Shown here in pieces: positions 1-12,082 of a stretch of DNA of 64,000 nucleotides. The translations under genes and the position numbers were made by a program. The notes beneath the pieces were generated by a model. The model did no database searches, was not told where the DNA came from, and saw only the letters and a list, made by a program, of their open reading frames with translations. Position 1 is the stretch's first letter; every line of letters begins with the position of its first letter. The DNA is from Macrostomum lignano (taxonomy: Eukaryota), in contig NIVC01000269.1 in NCBI GenBank assembly GCA_002269645.1, positions 310,001-374,000 of the forward strand, read 5' to 3'.

Positions 1-1067
1 CATGCCGGGTGGGGGAATGGCTCATCTGACAGTGTTTCTCATGTCCGGAGATCGTAATCTGTCGGCAGCCATATCGCTGCTTAACGCTCTGATTAATTTG
101 GGTGAGAAAGTGCTGCATATGGAGTGACGTGTGTGTACATGATATAGATATAGAAGATACTTCTCATAGATGTCAGACACAGGTCATAGATGTCAGACAC
201 AGGTTATAGATGTCAGACACTGGTCATAGAAATAAAATTTACAGTCGTTTTCTTTTAGTATGCAGTATTGCAACACTCGTTAAAAACAGGCTGCATTTAG
301 ATGAATGTGTGCCCACGTAGTTTTAGCAGTTTACAGCATCTCATTTTTATTCAGTCACTAATGATCACTTTCCCTAACCCTCAGGTCTCTCTCCGGCTTG
401 GCTGAGCTTATTCACGCACTATCTACAATTCGAACTGCTGCACTACAGGCTTGTATTGTGGCTACTGATGCTGTTCATTAGCCAGTTTATCGGCAGTCTG
501 GTTGCCACCTGCCGGCCAGGCCTAGCTCAAGCCGCACTTAATTGGGTTGGCCGGCCTCTGCTTCTCTTAGCTACCATCCTGATGGTGACTCTGGGCATCT
601 ACATCAATCACTATGCCATCGATCATCTGGAGTCGAAAGAGATGGGCTGCGTACTAGCTTTCATCGCGTCTGGCTTCTGTCTTGGCGGTTTGGCCAGCTA
701 CCTGGTTAAGCTGGACAAGCCGAGGCGGAAGACTTTAGCAGCAGAGACCGCCTGCTGCGCCTGCCTGGTGGCGATTCCAGCGATTAGAATGTCCTGCGAC
801 AGTCCGACAGCTGACCTAGCAACCATCATGCCTCTGGCGGCGGCAATCTTTACCCCGGCTCCAATTATTGTCTATTTGGTGTCGCATCGGGTCAAAGGTC
901 TACTAGGCAGTTTCATTGACAAGCGTAAGGAGAAACAAAGTCGACATTATAGCATTGTGAGCAGTTTAGCTAAGATGGCCGAGGATGTAACGGCAGTTTC
1001 GGCGCCTCTGGTTATCGAGGAAGGCGAAGACGGATCCGCGGAGAAGCAGAAAGTGACCACTCTGTGA
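1..1067 (+). CDS. SLC10 (sodium/bile-acid symporter family) transporter, last two exons; 5' part lies outside the window
   Basis: Exon <1-101 reads MPGGGMAHLTVFLMSGDRNLSAAISLLNALINLG, resembling the SLC10 'PGG..SN....L..GD..L...MT' motif. GT-AG intron 102-384 (phase 1). Exon 385-1067 is in frame and hydrophobic, with GFCLGGLASYLVKLDKPRRKTLAAETA resembling SLC10 'GY......RTIAIETG'. Confidence 0.75.
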
Positions 1068-1344
1068 TTCTGTGATCATCATCATACTCAATGTTTTAAT
1101 AGCTATTCGCTGATAATAATCCAAGTGATATCTACATGTAGGTTTAGTATAGGCAGCTTAGCTTAGTTTAGTTTCGACGGTGACAATGGCAAAGGTACGC
1201 GAAGGGCACCGAGTCGAAAAAAATCTAATATATCAAGCGCACTATACGAGAAGATGAAATCGGAGAGACGCAAAGATAGGGGTTGTTGAGCTAGGCGATA
1301 AAGGGGTAGAAATTCAGAGGGGTTGAACATTCACTATGGCTGGA

Positions 1345-1575
1345 TTGAGGAGTGATCGATAACTATCAATGAATGTACACTTAGCGTGTCTGGCCTAAGG
1401 AGCGTTCGATAATATAATGAATATGTACATTAAGCGTGTCTGGCCTGAGGAGCGATCGATAATATAATGAATGTAGATTAAGCGTGTCTGGCCCGCGAGG
1501 AGCGATCGATAATATAATGAATGTACAATACTCGTAAGTGTGGCTGGATTGAGGAGCGATCGATAATATTATGAA
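1345..1575. repeat. about 50-bp tandem repeat, 5 copies
   Basis: GAGCGATCGATAAT-type motif recurs at about 1350, 1400, 1450, 1500 and 1553. Confidence 0.85.
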
Positions 1576-2673
1576 TGAATGTTTACAGCATTATCAATCC
1601 ATATATAGTTATTCTCAAATTGAATGTCTATATACGTTATCTTCCTGTCTCAGATATGTACGCTCGTACACAGCTACTTGAATTATGAAGCATAATTTGA
1701 AGAGATTTTGAAGCGTTACTATTTTGTGGCTTTGGGGAAATGTAGCTATTGCTTATAAAGAAGTCATCGAATTTATATACACTTTGGTTACCATCTCAAA
1801 ACGAACTTTCATTTTTTTATTCTAATGGGCTAAGTATCTAATAATTAACCGCTTAAGCCATTCTTAACTTGTAATTTTATGTAGGAAAAAGTAGTTACTA
1901 AGATTAGAACTGAGTCTTCCTGAAATATTTTCATTGACTTTGCAGTGTCTTCTAGCTGCAGTCTGCTGTAAGATCGAAATGTTTATCACATCAGTGATTT
2001 TTTCACTTCGATATCACCTGATTTTATCATTTCCTATTGCTGTAAACGGGCATATATAGCTCTTTGATTTTGTTTGTTTGTGTTTGCTACTGTGTAATTT
2101 TTAACAAATATAGTTGTTCAATTGTTTTTTCTGCTTGCGCCACTGAAACGACAATTTTAGGATGATCGAGTATTTTGTTCCACCGCGGTTCTATTATTTA
2201 CACAGTTGGTAAGAACCTCTGTTTTACAAACGGAAAAATAATGTCAATTTAAATAGCTATTATAAATTCCTACAATACAATTATCAATCACAGGGAAATT
2301 GGTTTTTAATAACAAAAGATCAACAAATTTGTCAAACTCGTGAAGTTTTTATCTTAAATCCAATATAAATTATAATAAATTTATAGTAAATAAAAGTTAT
2401 AAATAGTGAAATAATATATCGTCAGGGGGGCAGTTGTTAGACATTTCACAAAAAACGTAGTTTCAAACTTTGTTAAATTCATTTTTGACAACGTACGCTG
2501 TCTCTGGTGTGATTTATTGAACAGATTTTTAAAATCTTTATTCACATAAAAATAGCTTCTTTTTTAGAAACTTTCAAAGCAAAAAGGTTTTGTTTTTTTA
2601 TAATTAAAAATGAACTGATTTTTGTTCAGAAGCAGTTTTAATTGCTGTCATTTTGTTTGTTCATTCTTAAGCT

Positions 2674-4468
2674 TCAACCGATAGTTTGAATCTCCTCCGT
2701 GGCGGTTTCATCTTCGGCGCGAGTCATGCCGGCATCCGGAGACACCCCAGCCGCCTGCTTGGAAGCGTCAGTGATAGTGCGTTGCTTTCTCCATTTCGCC
2801 ACGTTCTGAATCTGCCCCATGGAGGCGATGCTGATAAATATGCTGTCGCCGTCGGCTAGGCGAAGACTCTCCACAGTTGAATTGTTGGAGATCTCCATCC
2901 AAGGACAAGCGTCTGCAAGGGGTAGGGGCGAGTATGAAAGTTTTTTGCGTTGAGATGCCACAGTTGGCCCGCAGCCAACGAGGAGGCACAGGCAGGAGTA
3001 CCCGAGCACACCCCTCTGCCCCTTGGGATCGCAATCCCTCACGCAGGTTGCACAGCGGACCTGACAATTGCTTATCCTCATTCAGTATGCGCACTCGTTT
3101 TGAGTACGTTTGGAGTTTATCCAATCATATTGAACCGTACCGCCAGCTCACCAGCGGTGTTGCCGAAGATGTCGCTATAGTTCACCATGCCAAAGAAACC
3201 GTCCAAACAGAAGCGCAACCCGGGCGAGGTGATGCCCAGTCTCTCTTTCATTGTGTCCATCACTTTGCCTAACGGATAATTGACTCGCACTCGCATCTTG
3301 ATGCCCACAGTCCAGTAGGGTAAGCACTCCGGCATGTACATTTTCTCTTTGGTGATCACACCGGATGTTATCAGCTGCCAAAGCAGCAGCTCGTAGTTCC
3401 GGCGTCTGGTTCGAAAGAACATTGTAACGTAGTTGCGTCTTGTCGGACGGAACGTCGATCGGTAATGTTTAATGGTGTCTGTCAGGTCAAATTTGTAAGC
3501 GTTGATTTCCTAGAAATAAGTGAGTTAGAATATTTAGTCTGATCAACTACCAATAAAATATTATTGGCCAGGCAACTATTTAAAACCTGGCAACTATGAC
3601 TAACTTTTCACTCGATAAAGGTGCATATTTTTGCTATTGATAAGCACTTCTTTTAAACTACATCAGTAGCTTCTGTCTAAACTCCTATTTTACAACCACC
3701 TCTCACTTTACGACCACCCTTTAATCTAAAAACTACCCTTCACTTGTGTATGACCACCCCTCGAGTTAAAAACCAACCCTGACTTTATGACCAACCTTCA
3801 ATTGATGAAACACTGCTCACTCTACGACCAACCGCACTCTACGACCACCCCTCACTCTGTGACCACCCCTCACTTTACGACCACCCCTCACTTTTCGACC
3901 ACCCCTCACTTTACGACCAACCCTCATTTTACGACCACCCCTCACTTTACGACCACCCCTCACTTTACGACCACCCCTCACTTTACGACCATCCCTCATT
4001 TTACGAACACCCCTCACTCTACGACCACCCCTCACTTTACGACCACCCCTTAAGTTAAAAGCCAACCCTTACTTTATGACCACCCCTCAGTTTGAAAAAC
4101 CCCTTGCTATACGACTACCCATCGCCTCACAGTTTATAACCATCTGTCACTTTAAAACGACTCGTCCTATTATAAAAACCCTTTCTGTCAAAAAACGTTT
4201 ACTCTACAATTAAACCAAGCCCCCCCCCCCCTATCTGTCTGCCTGTCCAAATTCAACATCAAAGTAAAACAAAAAGTCTTTTTAATATAATAAACTGAAG
4301 ATTGCGCTTAAGTAATATAGGCATAGCTACCTCAGGCAACGTTGGCGGGTCGTACGCTTTATCAGCTAACGGCATTGAATTGTTAGTATCCAAGCCAATT
4401 GGAACCTCGTCGGAGCTCATCGTCGGATCTTCAACAACTTTTTCGTCGCTCGTGTTGTTCGACACCAT
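2674..4468 (-). CDS. Uncharacterised protein with putative SUMO/ubiquitin-like domain, paralogue A (3 exons, 244 aa)
   Basis: Exons 4468-4331, 3509-3152 and 2912-2674, GT-AG introns of phase 0 and 1, total 735 nt. Same intron positions and phases as paralogue B. KMRVRVNYPLGKVMDTMKERLGITSPGLRFCLDG...EISNNSTVESLRLADGDSIFI resembles SUMO/Rad60-SLD. Gene model is strong; domain call is inference. Confidence 0.75.
3690..4100. repeat. 18-bp minisatellite (CACTTTACGACCACCCCT)n in intron 1 of paralogue A
   Basis: Direct tandem copies in core 3835-4050, with degenerate flanks. Confidence 0.9.
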
Positions 4469-5112
4469 TTTGAATTCGGAATATGAGTGCTGTTAAACTG
4501 TAAAATGGCACCTCGATTTAATGACGACGGCCTATGTTCTTCAGTTGAACAAACAAAAAACTTTATTCCAAGGTTTGACAGTTGAATCTACCTTACTGAC
4601 TTACTCTTACGTTTCTTGGTTCACTTTCGACCATAGACTACGATCTTGAACTCCAATTTCGTTGACGAAAGTACTTATTATTATAAATTATATCACACCC
4701 ACTCTCGTCACACCAACTGAGTTTTCGAAAAAGTACTATTTCTAAGAAAAGTTGTACTTTTAAGTCTACGAGTGGCCACAAAGTTATTTTTTGAAACTAA
4801 GAGAAAAAATTGCACATGAAAATCTAATGGGATAAAAATGCTTTTGTTAAAGCCTCGTAAAGGTGTGCAGTTAAAAATAACACTGCTATCTTTCTTCAAA
4901 CTATCTTCCTCGAGCATGTGGAAAGCAAAACATGAACTATTGAGTATAGTGTGATTTGCTGAGTAAAAACAGTTAACCTTGAAATACTGGCTTCTTATAC
5001 GTCAAGTAGCAGCTATTTTCTCTATAGCACAATTATAGCTTTGTTGAAGCATATAGCTTTTGTTAATGCTATGTTTAAAAACGGGCATCATCCAATTTCC
5101 TAATATTCTCGC

Positions 5113-5660
5113 AGGGTTTCCCGCAGGAGGGTTTCCCGCAGCGAGGGTTACATGCAGGGGGTTTCCCGCAAGGGGCTTCCCGCAGGGGGTTTCCCGCAGG
5201 GGGTTTCCCGCAGGGGGTTTCCCGCAGGGGGTTTCCCGCAGGGGGTTTCCCGCAGGGGTTTCCCGCAGAGGGTTTCCCGCAGGGGGTTTCCCGCAGGGGT
5301 TTCCCACACGGGGTTTCCCGCAGGGGTTTCCCGCGGGGGGTTTCCCGCAGGGGTTTTCCCGCAGGGGGTTTCCCGCAGGGGGTTTCCCGCAGGGGTTTTC
5401 CCGCAGGGGGTTTCCCGCAGGGGGTTTCCCGCAGGGGGTTTCCCGCAGGGGGTTTCCCGCAGGGGGTTTCCCGCAGGGGGTTTCCCGCAGGGGGTTTCCC
5501 GCAGGAGGGTTTACCGCAGCGAGGGTTCACCCCAGCGAGGGTTTCCTGCAAAGGAGAGTTTACTGCAGCGAGAGTTTAACCCAGAGGGTTTACCTCAGCA
5601 AAGGTTTCCTGCAGAGGGTTTACCGCAGGAGGGTTTCACACAGGAGGGTATACCGCCCAG
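5113..5660. repeat. 14-16-bp GC-rich minisatellite (GGGGTTTCCCGCAG)n between the divergent paralogues
   Basis: About 25 near-identical units in 5113-5510, decaying to about 5660. Explains ORFs 5060, 5075, 5152 and 5002. Confidence 0.92.
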
Positions 5661-5972
5661 GTTTTGGCGCCCTGGCAAGACCCTGATGTCCAAAACTAGG
5701 ATTGCATGTCTTCGGTGGAGTTTGTCAGTCAGAAATTTGCATGTTGTCTATGACCCAACCTGTCTTCTAACCGATTTTAACCTCAGCAAATATATGCTTT
5801 TAACTATGCCAAAAGGTAATATCTATGGGTGTAACATTGATGAAGCTTCGAAAAAAACACAGAATTTATCACTCGCAAAATTAGTTAAAATTACTATTAA
5901 GAACCAATAGGTATATTCGAATTTTGCTCTATTCCCAACAAGCAGACAAAAAGCAAGTTATCTCGGCTGAAA

Positions 5973-8701
5973 ATGACCATGAAAAATATTGACTATAAGC
6001 TGTGTAGCAACAACTCCATGCCTATGGCTGACAAAGCCTACGATGCTCCGGAACCACCCGAGGTAAGAGACTGTACTTTTAAGTGATTTTTTATTTCAAT
6101 CATCTTTTGGTTGGGCTATGCGTCAATAAAAATCTTGCACAGCTGAATGGTAGCTACACCTGAGTAGACAAATGATAGCTACACCTGAGCAGACAAATGG
6201 TAGCTACACCTGAGTAGACAAATGGTAGCTACACCTGAGTAGACAAATGGTAGCTACACCTGAGTAGACAAATGGTAGCTACACCTGAGCAGACAAATGG
6301 TAGCTACACCTGAGCAGACAAATGGTAGCTATACCTGAGCAGACAAATGGTAGCTATACCTGAGCAGACAAATGGTAGCTATACCTTGAGTAGACAAATG
6401 GTAGCTATACCTGAGCAGACAAATGGTAGCTATACCTTGAGTAGACAAATGGTAGCTACACCTTGAGTAGACAAATCGTAGCTACACCTAAGTAGACAAA
6501 TGGTAGCAACACCTGAGTAGACAAATGGTAGCTACACCTGAGCAGACAAATGGTAGCTACACCTGAGTAGACAAATGATAGCTACACCTTGAGTAGACAA
6601 ATCGTAGCTACACCTGAGTAGACAAATGGTAGCTACACCTGAGTAGACAAATGGTAGCTACACCTGAGTAGACAAATGATAGCTACACCTGAGCAGACAA
6701 ATGATAGCTACACGTGAGTAGACAAATGGTAGCTACACCTGAGTAGACAAATGATAGCTACACCTGAGTAGACAAATGATAGCTACACCTGAGCAGACAA
6801 ATGGTAGCTACACGTGAGTAGACAAATGATAGCTACACCTGAGTAGACAAACGGTAGCTACACGTGAGTAGACAAACGGTAGCTACACGTGAGTAGACAA
6901 ACGGTAGCTACACCTGAGTAGACAAACGGTAGCTACACCTGAGTAGACAAACGGTAGCTACACCTGAGTAGACAAGGTAGCTACACCTGAGTAGACAAGG
7001 TAGCTACACCTGAGTAGACAAGGTAGCTACACCTGAGTAGACAAGTTAGCTACAAGATAATACATGTATGTTCAAATTTCTCTTGCAGGACATCGAGGCA
7101 TTCCTACCCGGCTTGGCAGAAATTGCCCAACAAAATCGTCTGTCAGGAATTCGGCCAACTCGCCGTAATTACGCCACTCTGTACTTTCGCGTTCGTCGAC
7201 GAAATTACGAACAGCTGCTTTGGCAATATTTCAGCCAGGGAATATTCAGCAAGGACAGAATGTATTCGCCTAAATGCCTGTCTTACTGGACTATTGGGAT
7301 GAAGATGCGACTAAGGCACACCTATCCGTTAGGTCGCGTGCTGGATACTATGAAGCAGAGATTGGGGATTAACGTTCCGGGCATTCGCTTCTGCCTGGAT
7401 GGCTTCTTTGGCATGGTCAATTATACTGACATCTTTGGTCGCTCATCGGGTGAGTATAAAAAGAGAATTATTTCTTATCCTTTGTACTTACAGTAAGAGT
7501 TCTTAGTATAATCTTTGTGTTGCGACGCTTTTTATTTAAGCGTGCACCACCATTCTTAAAACTGCTCATAAAACCATCTTAGTATCGGTCATAAACCTTC
7601 CTTATAATCGGGCATAAATTACTCAGAATCGCTCATAAATCAAAATCTCAAAATCTGTCATGAAATCGGTCATAAACCATTCTTAAAATGTCCTAAAACA
7701 ATCTTGAAATCGTTCATAAACCAGTTTTAGAATCTCTCATAAACCTTTTTTGAATTGATCATAATCCATTGTTAGTATCGATCATAATCCATTGTTAGTA
7801 TCGATCATAATCCATTGTTAGTATCGATCATAATCCATTGTTAGTATCGATCATAATCCATTGTTAGTATCGATCATAATCCATTGTTAGTATCGATCAT
7901 AATCCATTGTTAGTATCGATCATAATCCATTGTTAGTATCGATCATAATCCATTGTTAGTATCGATCATAATCCATTGTTAGTATCGATCATAATCCATT
8001 GTTAGTATCGATCATAATCCATTGTTAGTATCGATCATAATCCATTGTTAGTATCGATCATAATCCATTGTTAGTATCGATCATAATCCATTGTTAGTAT
8101 CGATCATAATCCATTGTTAGTATCGATCATAATCCATTGTTAGTATCGATCATAATCCATTGTTAGTATCGATCATATTCCATTGTTAGTATCGATCATA
8201 TTCCATTTTTAGTATCGATCATAATCCATTGTTAGAATTGGTCATAAGAATTCTTAGAATTTGTCATAAGAGTTCTTAGAATCAGTCAGAATCCATTGTT
8301 ATTGTTAGAATCTGACGTCATAATCCATTGTTAGAATTGGTCATGAAATTCTTAGAATCGTCTTAAATCACTCTTAAAAGCTTAATAAACCATTCGTATC
8401 AATAGAATCTCTCATAAACTAATCTTGAATCGGTCATAAACCATTCTTAGATGCGTGCCCGTGGATGGAAATATCAATCTGCTCTACTGTGCTCAGCTTG
8501 CGCCTTAAAGACGGCGACAGCATCTTCATAAGCATCGCCACCTCCGCTCAGATTGAACGGGTCCTGGCCTATCGCAAGCAAAATGCGCTGGAGCCAGCAA
8601 CTAATCAGGACCAAAACACGGCTGAACAGAAGAAGCGTCAGAGCAAAGCTGTACGACCTTCTGCTGCATCGATGTCCGTTGACTTTGCGGAAGAAATTTA
8701 A
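5973..8701 (+). CDS. Uncharacterised protein with putative SUMO/ubiquitin-like domain, paralogue B (3 exons, 233 aa)
   Basis: Exons 5973-6062, 7089-7449 and 8451-8701, GT-AG, total 702 nt. Shares NNSMPxADKAYDxP, RPTRRNY, RRRNYExLLWQ, RFCLDGFFGMVNY and DACPWMEIS...SLRLxDGDSIFISIA with paralogue A. Confidence 0.78.
6145..7050. repeat. 25-bp minisatellite (GTAGCTACACCTGAGTAGACAAATG)n filling intron 1 of paralogue B
   Basis: About 36 tandem copies. Confidence 0.95.
7755..8230. repeat. 23-bp minisatellite (ATCGATCATAATCCATTGTTAGT)n in intron 2 of paralogue B
   Basis: About 20 near-perfect copies; degenerate versions extend over about 7540-8450. Confidence 0.95.
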
Positions 8702-8929
8702 GGCAAGCCCGATTTTTCTATTGGGATTGTCTGCTAGACTGCGCGCTTTATAAATATTGATTGTTAAGCAATCCAGATTTTTCTTAACTTCGGGACGTAG
8801 TTAAGAAATATGTTGAAAGTACAGGCTGCGTTGAAACTAAACATCTACGAGTATTAAGCATGTTAAACCTGATCACCTAAATAGCTGTACAAGCATATAA
8901 AGCAGCTAAAAAATACCTATGTGCGTCGA

Positions 8930-9130
8930 GCGTCAGATGTCCCCTTGATCTACCTACATCTGGAAGGCTAAAAATAGAACAGGCATCATCTTGCTCTACG
9001 TACACCTGAAAGGCTAAAAATAGAACAGGCGTCATCTTGATGTACGTACGTACACTTGGAAGTCTGAAAATAGAACGGGTTTCATGCCTGTACAGTGTAC
9101 GCACATCTGAAAGGCTAAAAATAGAAAAGG
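8930..9130. repeat. Degenerate 45-50-bp tandem repeat, about 4 copies
   Basis: Recurring (A)AGGCTAAAAATAGAA(C/A)AGG motif. Confidence 0.7.
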
Positions 9131-10653
9131 AGTCAATCATTTGGTTTTATCCATACATAATAGGGAGAAACCTTGGGTTCGAAAATAGAAATGCATGTAT
9201 AATTTCATCAGCAGCATGTACTTTTGAATGGCTTGTTCTTCGTACGATTCAGCAACTGAAATAATAGGCGACGACAGTCAAATTAGTGTTTGAGCTTGAG
9301 CAGATTATGTTTGTTGAAGCGAACTACGGAAGAAAAACTTGATCAGTTTGCTTCAACTTGACAATGCTGCCAGCCATCTGTCTCAGCTTGTGCTTTAGTA
9401 AACTTCATATCGAGTCATGATATATATAGAAGGACGCCAGCTTTTAAAGATTTGTATTGCTGACTTGAGTGTAAAACCGAGGACCAATTAACTTTGTTGT
9501 GTTCTTGGTCCTATGCAGTCATGGTGGTCCTTGAAAGTTGATGTTTTTATAAATGGATCTAGTTTTTTTTCTTTTGCCGTCATTTTTTTATTTTTATTAC
9601 AGTATGTTGCTTAAATTACGGCCAAAATTTTTCTTTAGTCTTGGCCGCACCTGCACCTGCCTAAATGTTGGTGGATTTTTTCATCAATTTTTTCATCCAA
9701 AAACATTGTCGAAATGGATTTGAATCGATGCTCTGTTCGGATTTGTTTTTTTACCGGAATTGTCACCCTGCAGGTAAAAATATATTTGGTTGTCATGGTT
9801 ACACTGCAAGCAAGGCAAGTCCCGCCTTTTTCTATTTTTCACAAACTAAAACAGAAGAGATGATTAATTTTTGTTGGCTTGAACACTTTTACTCTGTTTT
9901 ACGGCAATTTTAGAATCCTGCATGCACTTGCCAAAAATGTGTTGAACAATAGCTGTCGAAAACATGGATATTTGAGTCAAATAAATTCACTAAATAGACA
10001 TGTTCTTCAGGTCATGCTCTCAAACAATACTAGATGTACATGTACCAGCAGGACCCTCTTCTATTCTCGTGTATGTACAACGTGCCAGAGCAGCTAGTCT
10101 CCGTGATCACGATACTGCTAAAACGATTGTTTGGATCAACACAAGGTCCAATTATCAGCTCCAGGCGGCTATCCATCTAGATCAACAGTAACGCTGGCAC
10201 CTTTTTGGCGCTCGACCGCAGGTGCTGCATCCGCACTTACGTGTGTATGCTTTCTATCGCGCTTCTTCAGCTCGCTCAACTACATTACGCCGACAATCTC
10301 GCCTCGCTGTCCTCAAACTTTCGGCGATCCCATTGGTTCCAAATCTTTCTGATCGAATCTGTGCCTTTTGACAAGGCTGCGTTACACATGTAACCTAAAC
10401 ATTTCGTTCTATTCTGGCTTGAGCGCAGAACTCGACCATGACACATGCACGCGCTCGAAAAGTGGGAGCGCGATCGCGCTCTCGAGGGCCTGCTGCGCAC
10501 TACCTTTACAAGCTTGGGCGTCGTGTGTCACAACCAAACCGCGTGTGCCCTGAGCTTGAAACTTCACATGTCCGTAGTAGTACATATATCGCATGATTAT
10601 ACAGCAGTAGGCGTATATAGTCAAACAACCTTGTGGCTAGCAGGTCCTAATTC

Positions 10654-11790
10654 ATGATTTACCCCTCTATTTTCATTGATACGAGTACAGCCGTGAGCTT
10701 CTTCAAATCAGCATTTCGACCCATGATTTTCTACGATTTCAAAAAAGGTTCTATTTCGTACAAGCAATGCCACGAATCCCTCAGGCAGTGCTTTGGCGAT
10801 GAGTGTGCATCAGAAGTCACAGATAATTATTGGTTTCGTGAGTCTAAAAGAGGGAGTAGGACCGACTTTGGAGACGAACCCCGCGCTTTGACCGTCCAAC
10901 AGAGGCCGCCATGCACGCCAGCAGCAGCTGCATGGTCAAAGAAGACCCTCAAATCACCACGAGGGACGTCAAGCAGCACCTGGCCATTGGATCCGCGGCG
11001 GTGCAAAAGCTTAATTGTCCACGAGCATCTTGGACTGACCCAGCGATCGGCAGGTTGGGTGTCCAACACAAACTGATGGAGGACCAGAAACAGACTCGGG
11101 TTGACTGGTGGCTCCAAAATGTGCTCCAAAATTCATGCTTCAAAAGTTCAACGACAGGGCGTCAAAGCAGGTCGACATCGTCACAGGTGATGAAATGTGG
11201 ATATCCGACTACGACCCCGAAACCAAACAGCAGTCGACGGTATGGCAGTTCCCAATGAAGAACACCTCCGACCAAAGTGAAAAGGCCCAGGAGCGTTTGC
11301 ACACGGATGGTGGTTGTTTTTTTCCGAAAATAGGGACTTGTCGCAGTCGTTCCACTGAAGGAGAGACGGACCGTCAACTCCGATTCGTAGCCTGCCTGCC
11401 TAAATTAGGTGTTTTAGGAGCTCGAGCTCCTGGAACACCTAATCCGAAATCAGCGCCCAAGGACCGGAACCCACTGGATTCTGCTGCACCCCTACCCACA
11501 CTGCAGCGGCAACTCTGGACTTTCTGGCCGCTATAAAAACGTCCAGCTTGTCACGCAACTGCCCTATTTGCCGGACCTTGCTCCCTGTGACTTAGCTGGC
11601 TCTTCCCTAAAGTCAAATAGCAGCTCAGGGACGACCTTCGAACCTTTAAACGCTTTGGTGGCTCTGGAGTTGGCGGGCTCGAGGGTCTCGAAAAGCAGAG
11701 CTTCCAGGACTTTCTCTGTGAAGTGGTTCGCCCGCATGCACTCCCGCATTAGGGTCGCAGGAGGATATTAAAAGGTGTAACTTTTGACTG
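10654..11790 (+). mobile_element. Degenerate mariner-family transposase pseudogene
   Basis: Frameshifted pieces: HTH (MIFYDFKKG..CHESLRQCFGDEC...WFRESKRG), second HTH (DPQITTRDV), a WV motif, IVTGDEMWISDYDPETKQQS and PYLPDLAPCD (YSPDLAP motif). TIRs not securely identified. Confidence 0.88.
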
Positions 11791-12082
11791 CTTAAGGAAT
11801 TATATGTTTTTGAGTAACTAGTTATATACTTCCCAGAATATAGCCAGCTCTTACATACTGTACATACGTACAGTACGTTTCATGCACAGTGTTATCTGCA
11901 GCTTCTAGATCGGCGAAGAGCGAGTAAATGTAACATATAGCGAACAACACTTACTAACTCGATCATGTTGCGACTTTATTTGAATGTACATATACCATAC
12001 ATGTATGTTAAATGTCTAGTTGATGGGTCTTTTTTATTGGGTCATATATGCCGTTGCGAATTAGTACGCATACAGTTAGTAG

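Noticed and set aside
5002-5910. Four overlapping ORFs of 101-252 aa (GFPQG.../RETPCGKP...)
   Set aside because: They are translations of a GC-rich tandem repeat that lacks stops in several frames.
6145-7050. CRISPR-like regular repeats (also 7755-8230, 40720-43070, 53129-53600)
   Set aside because: Units are head-to-tail with no unique spacers, there are no cas genes, and the context is eukaryotic introns.
10300-11810. Candidate mariner TIRs (GCTGTCCTCAAACTTTCG at about 10305 versus 3' flank at about 11790-11820)
   Set aside because: No convincing reverse-complement match or TA duplication could be seen.
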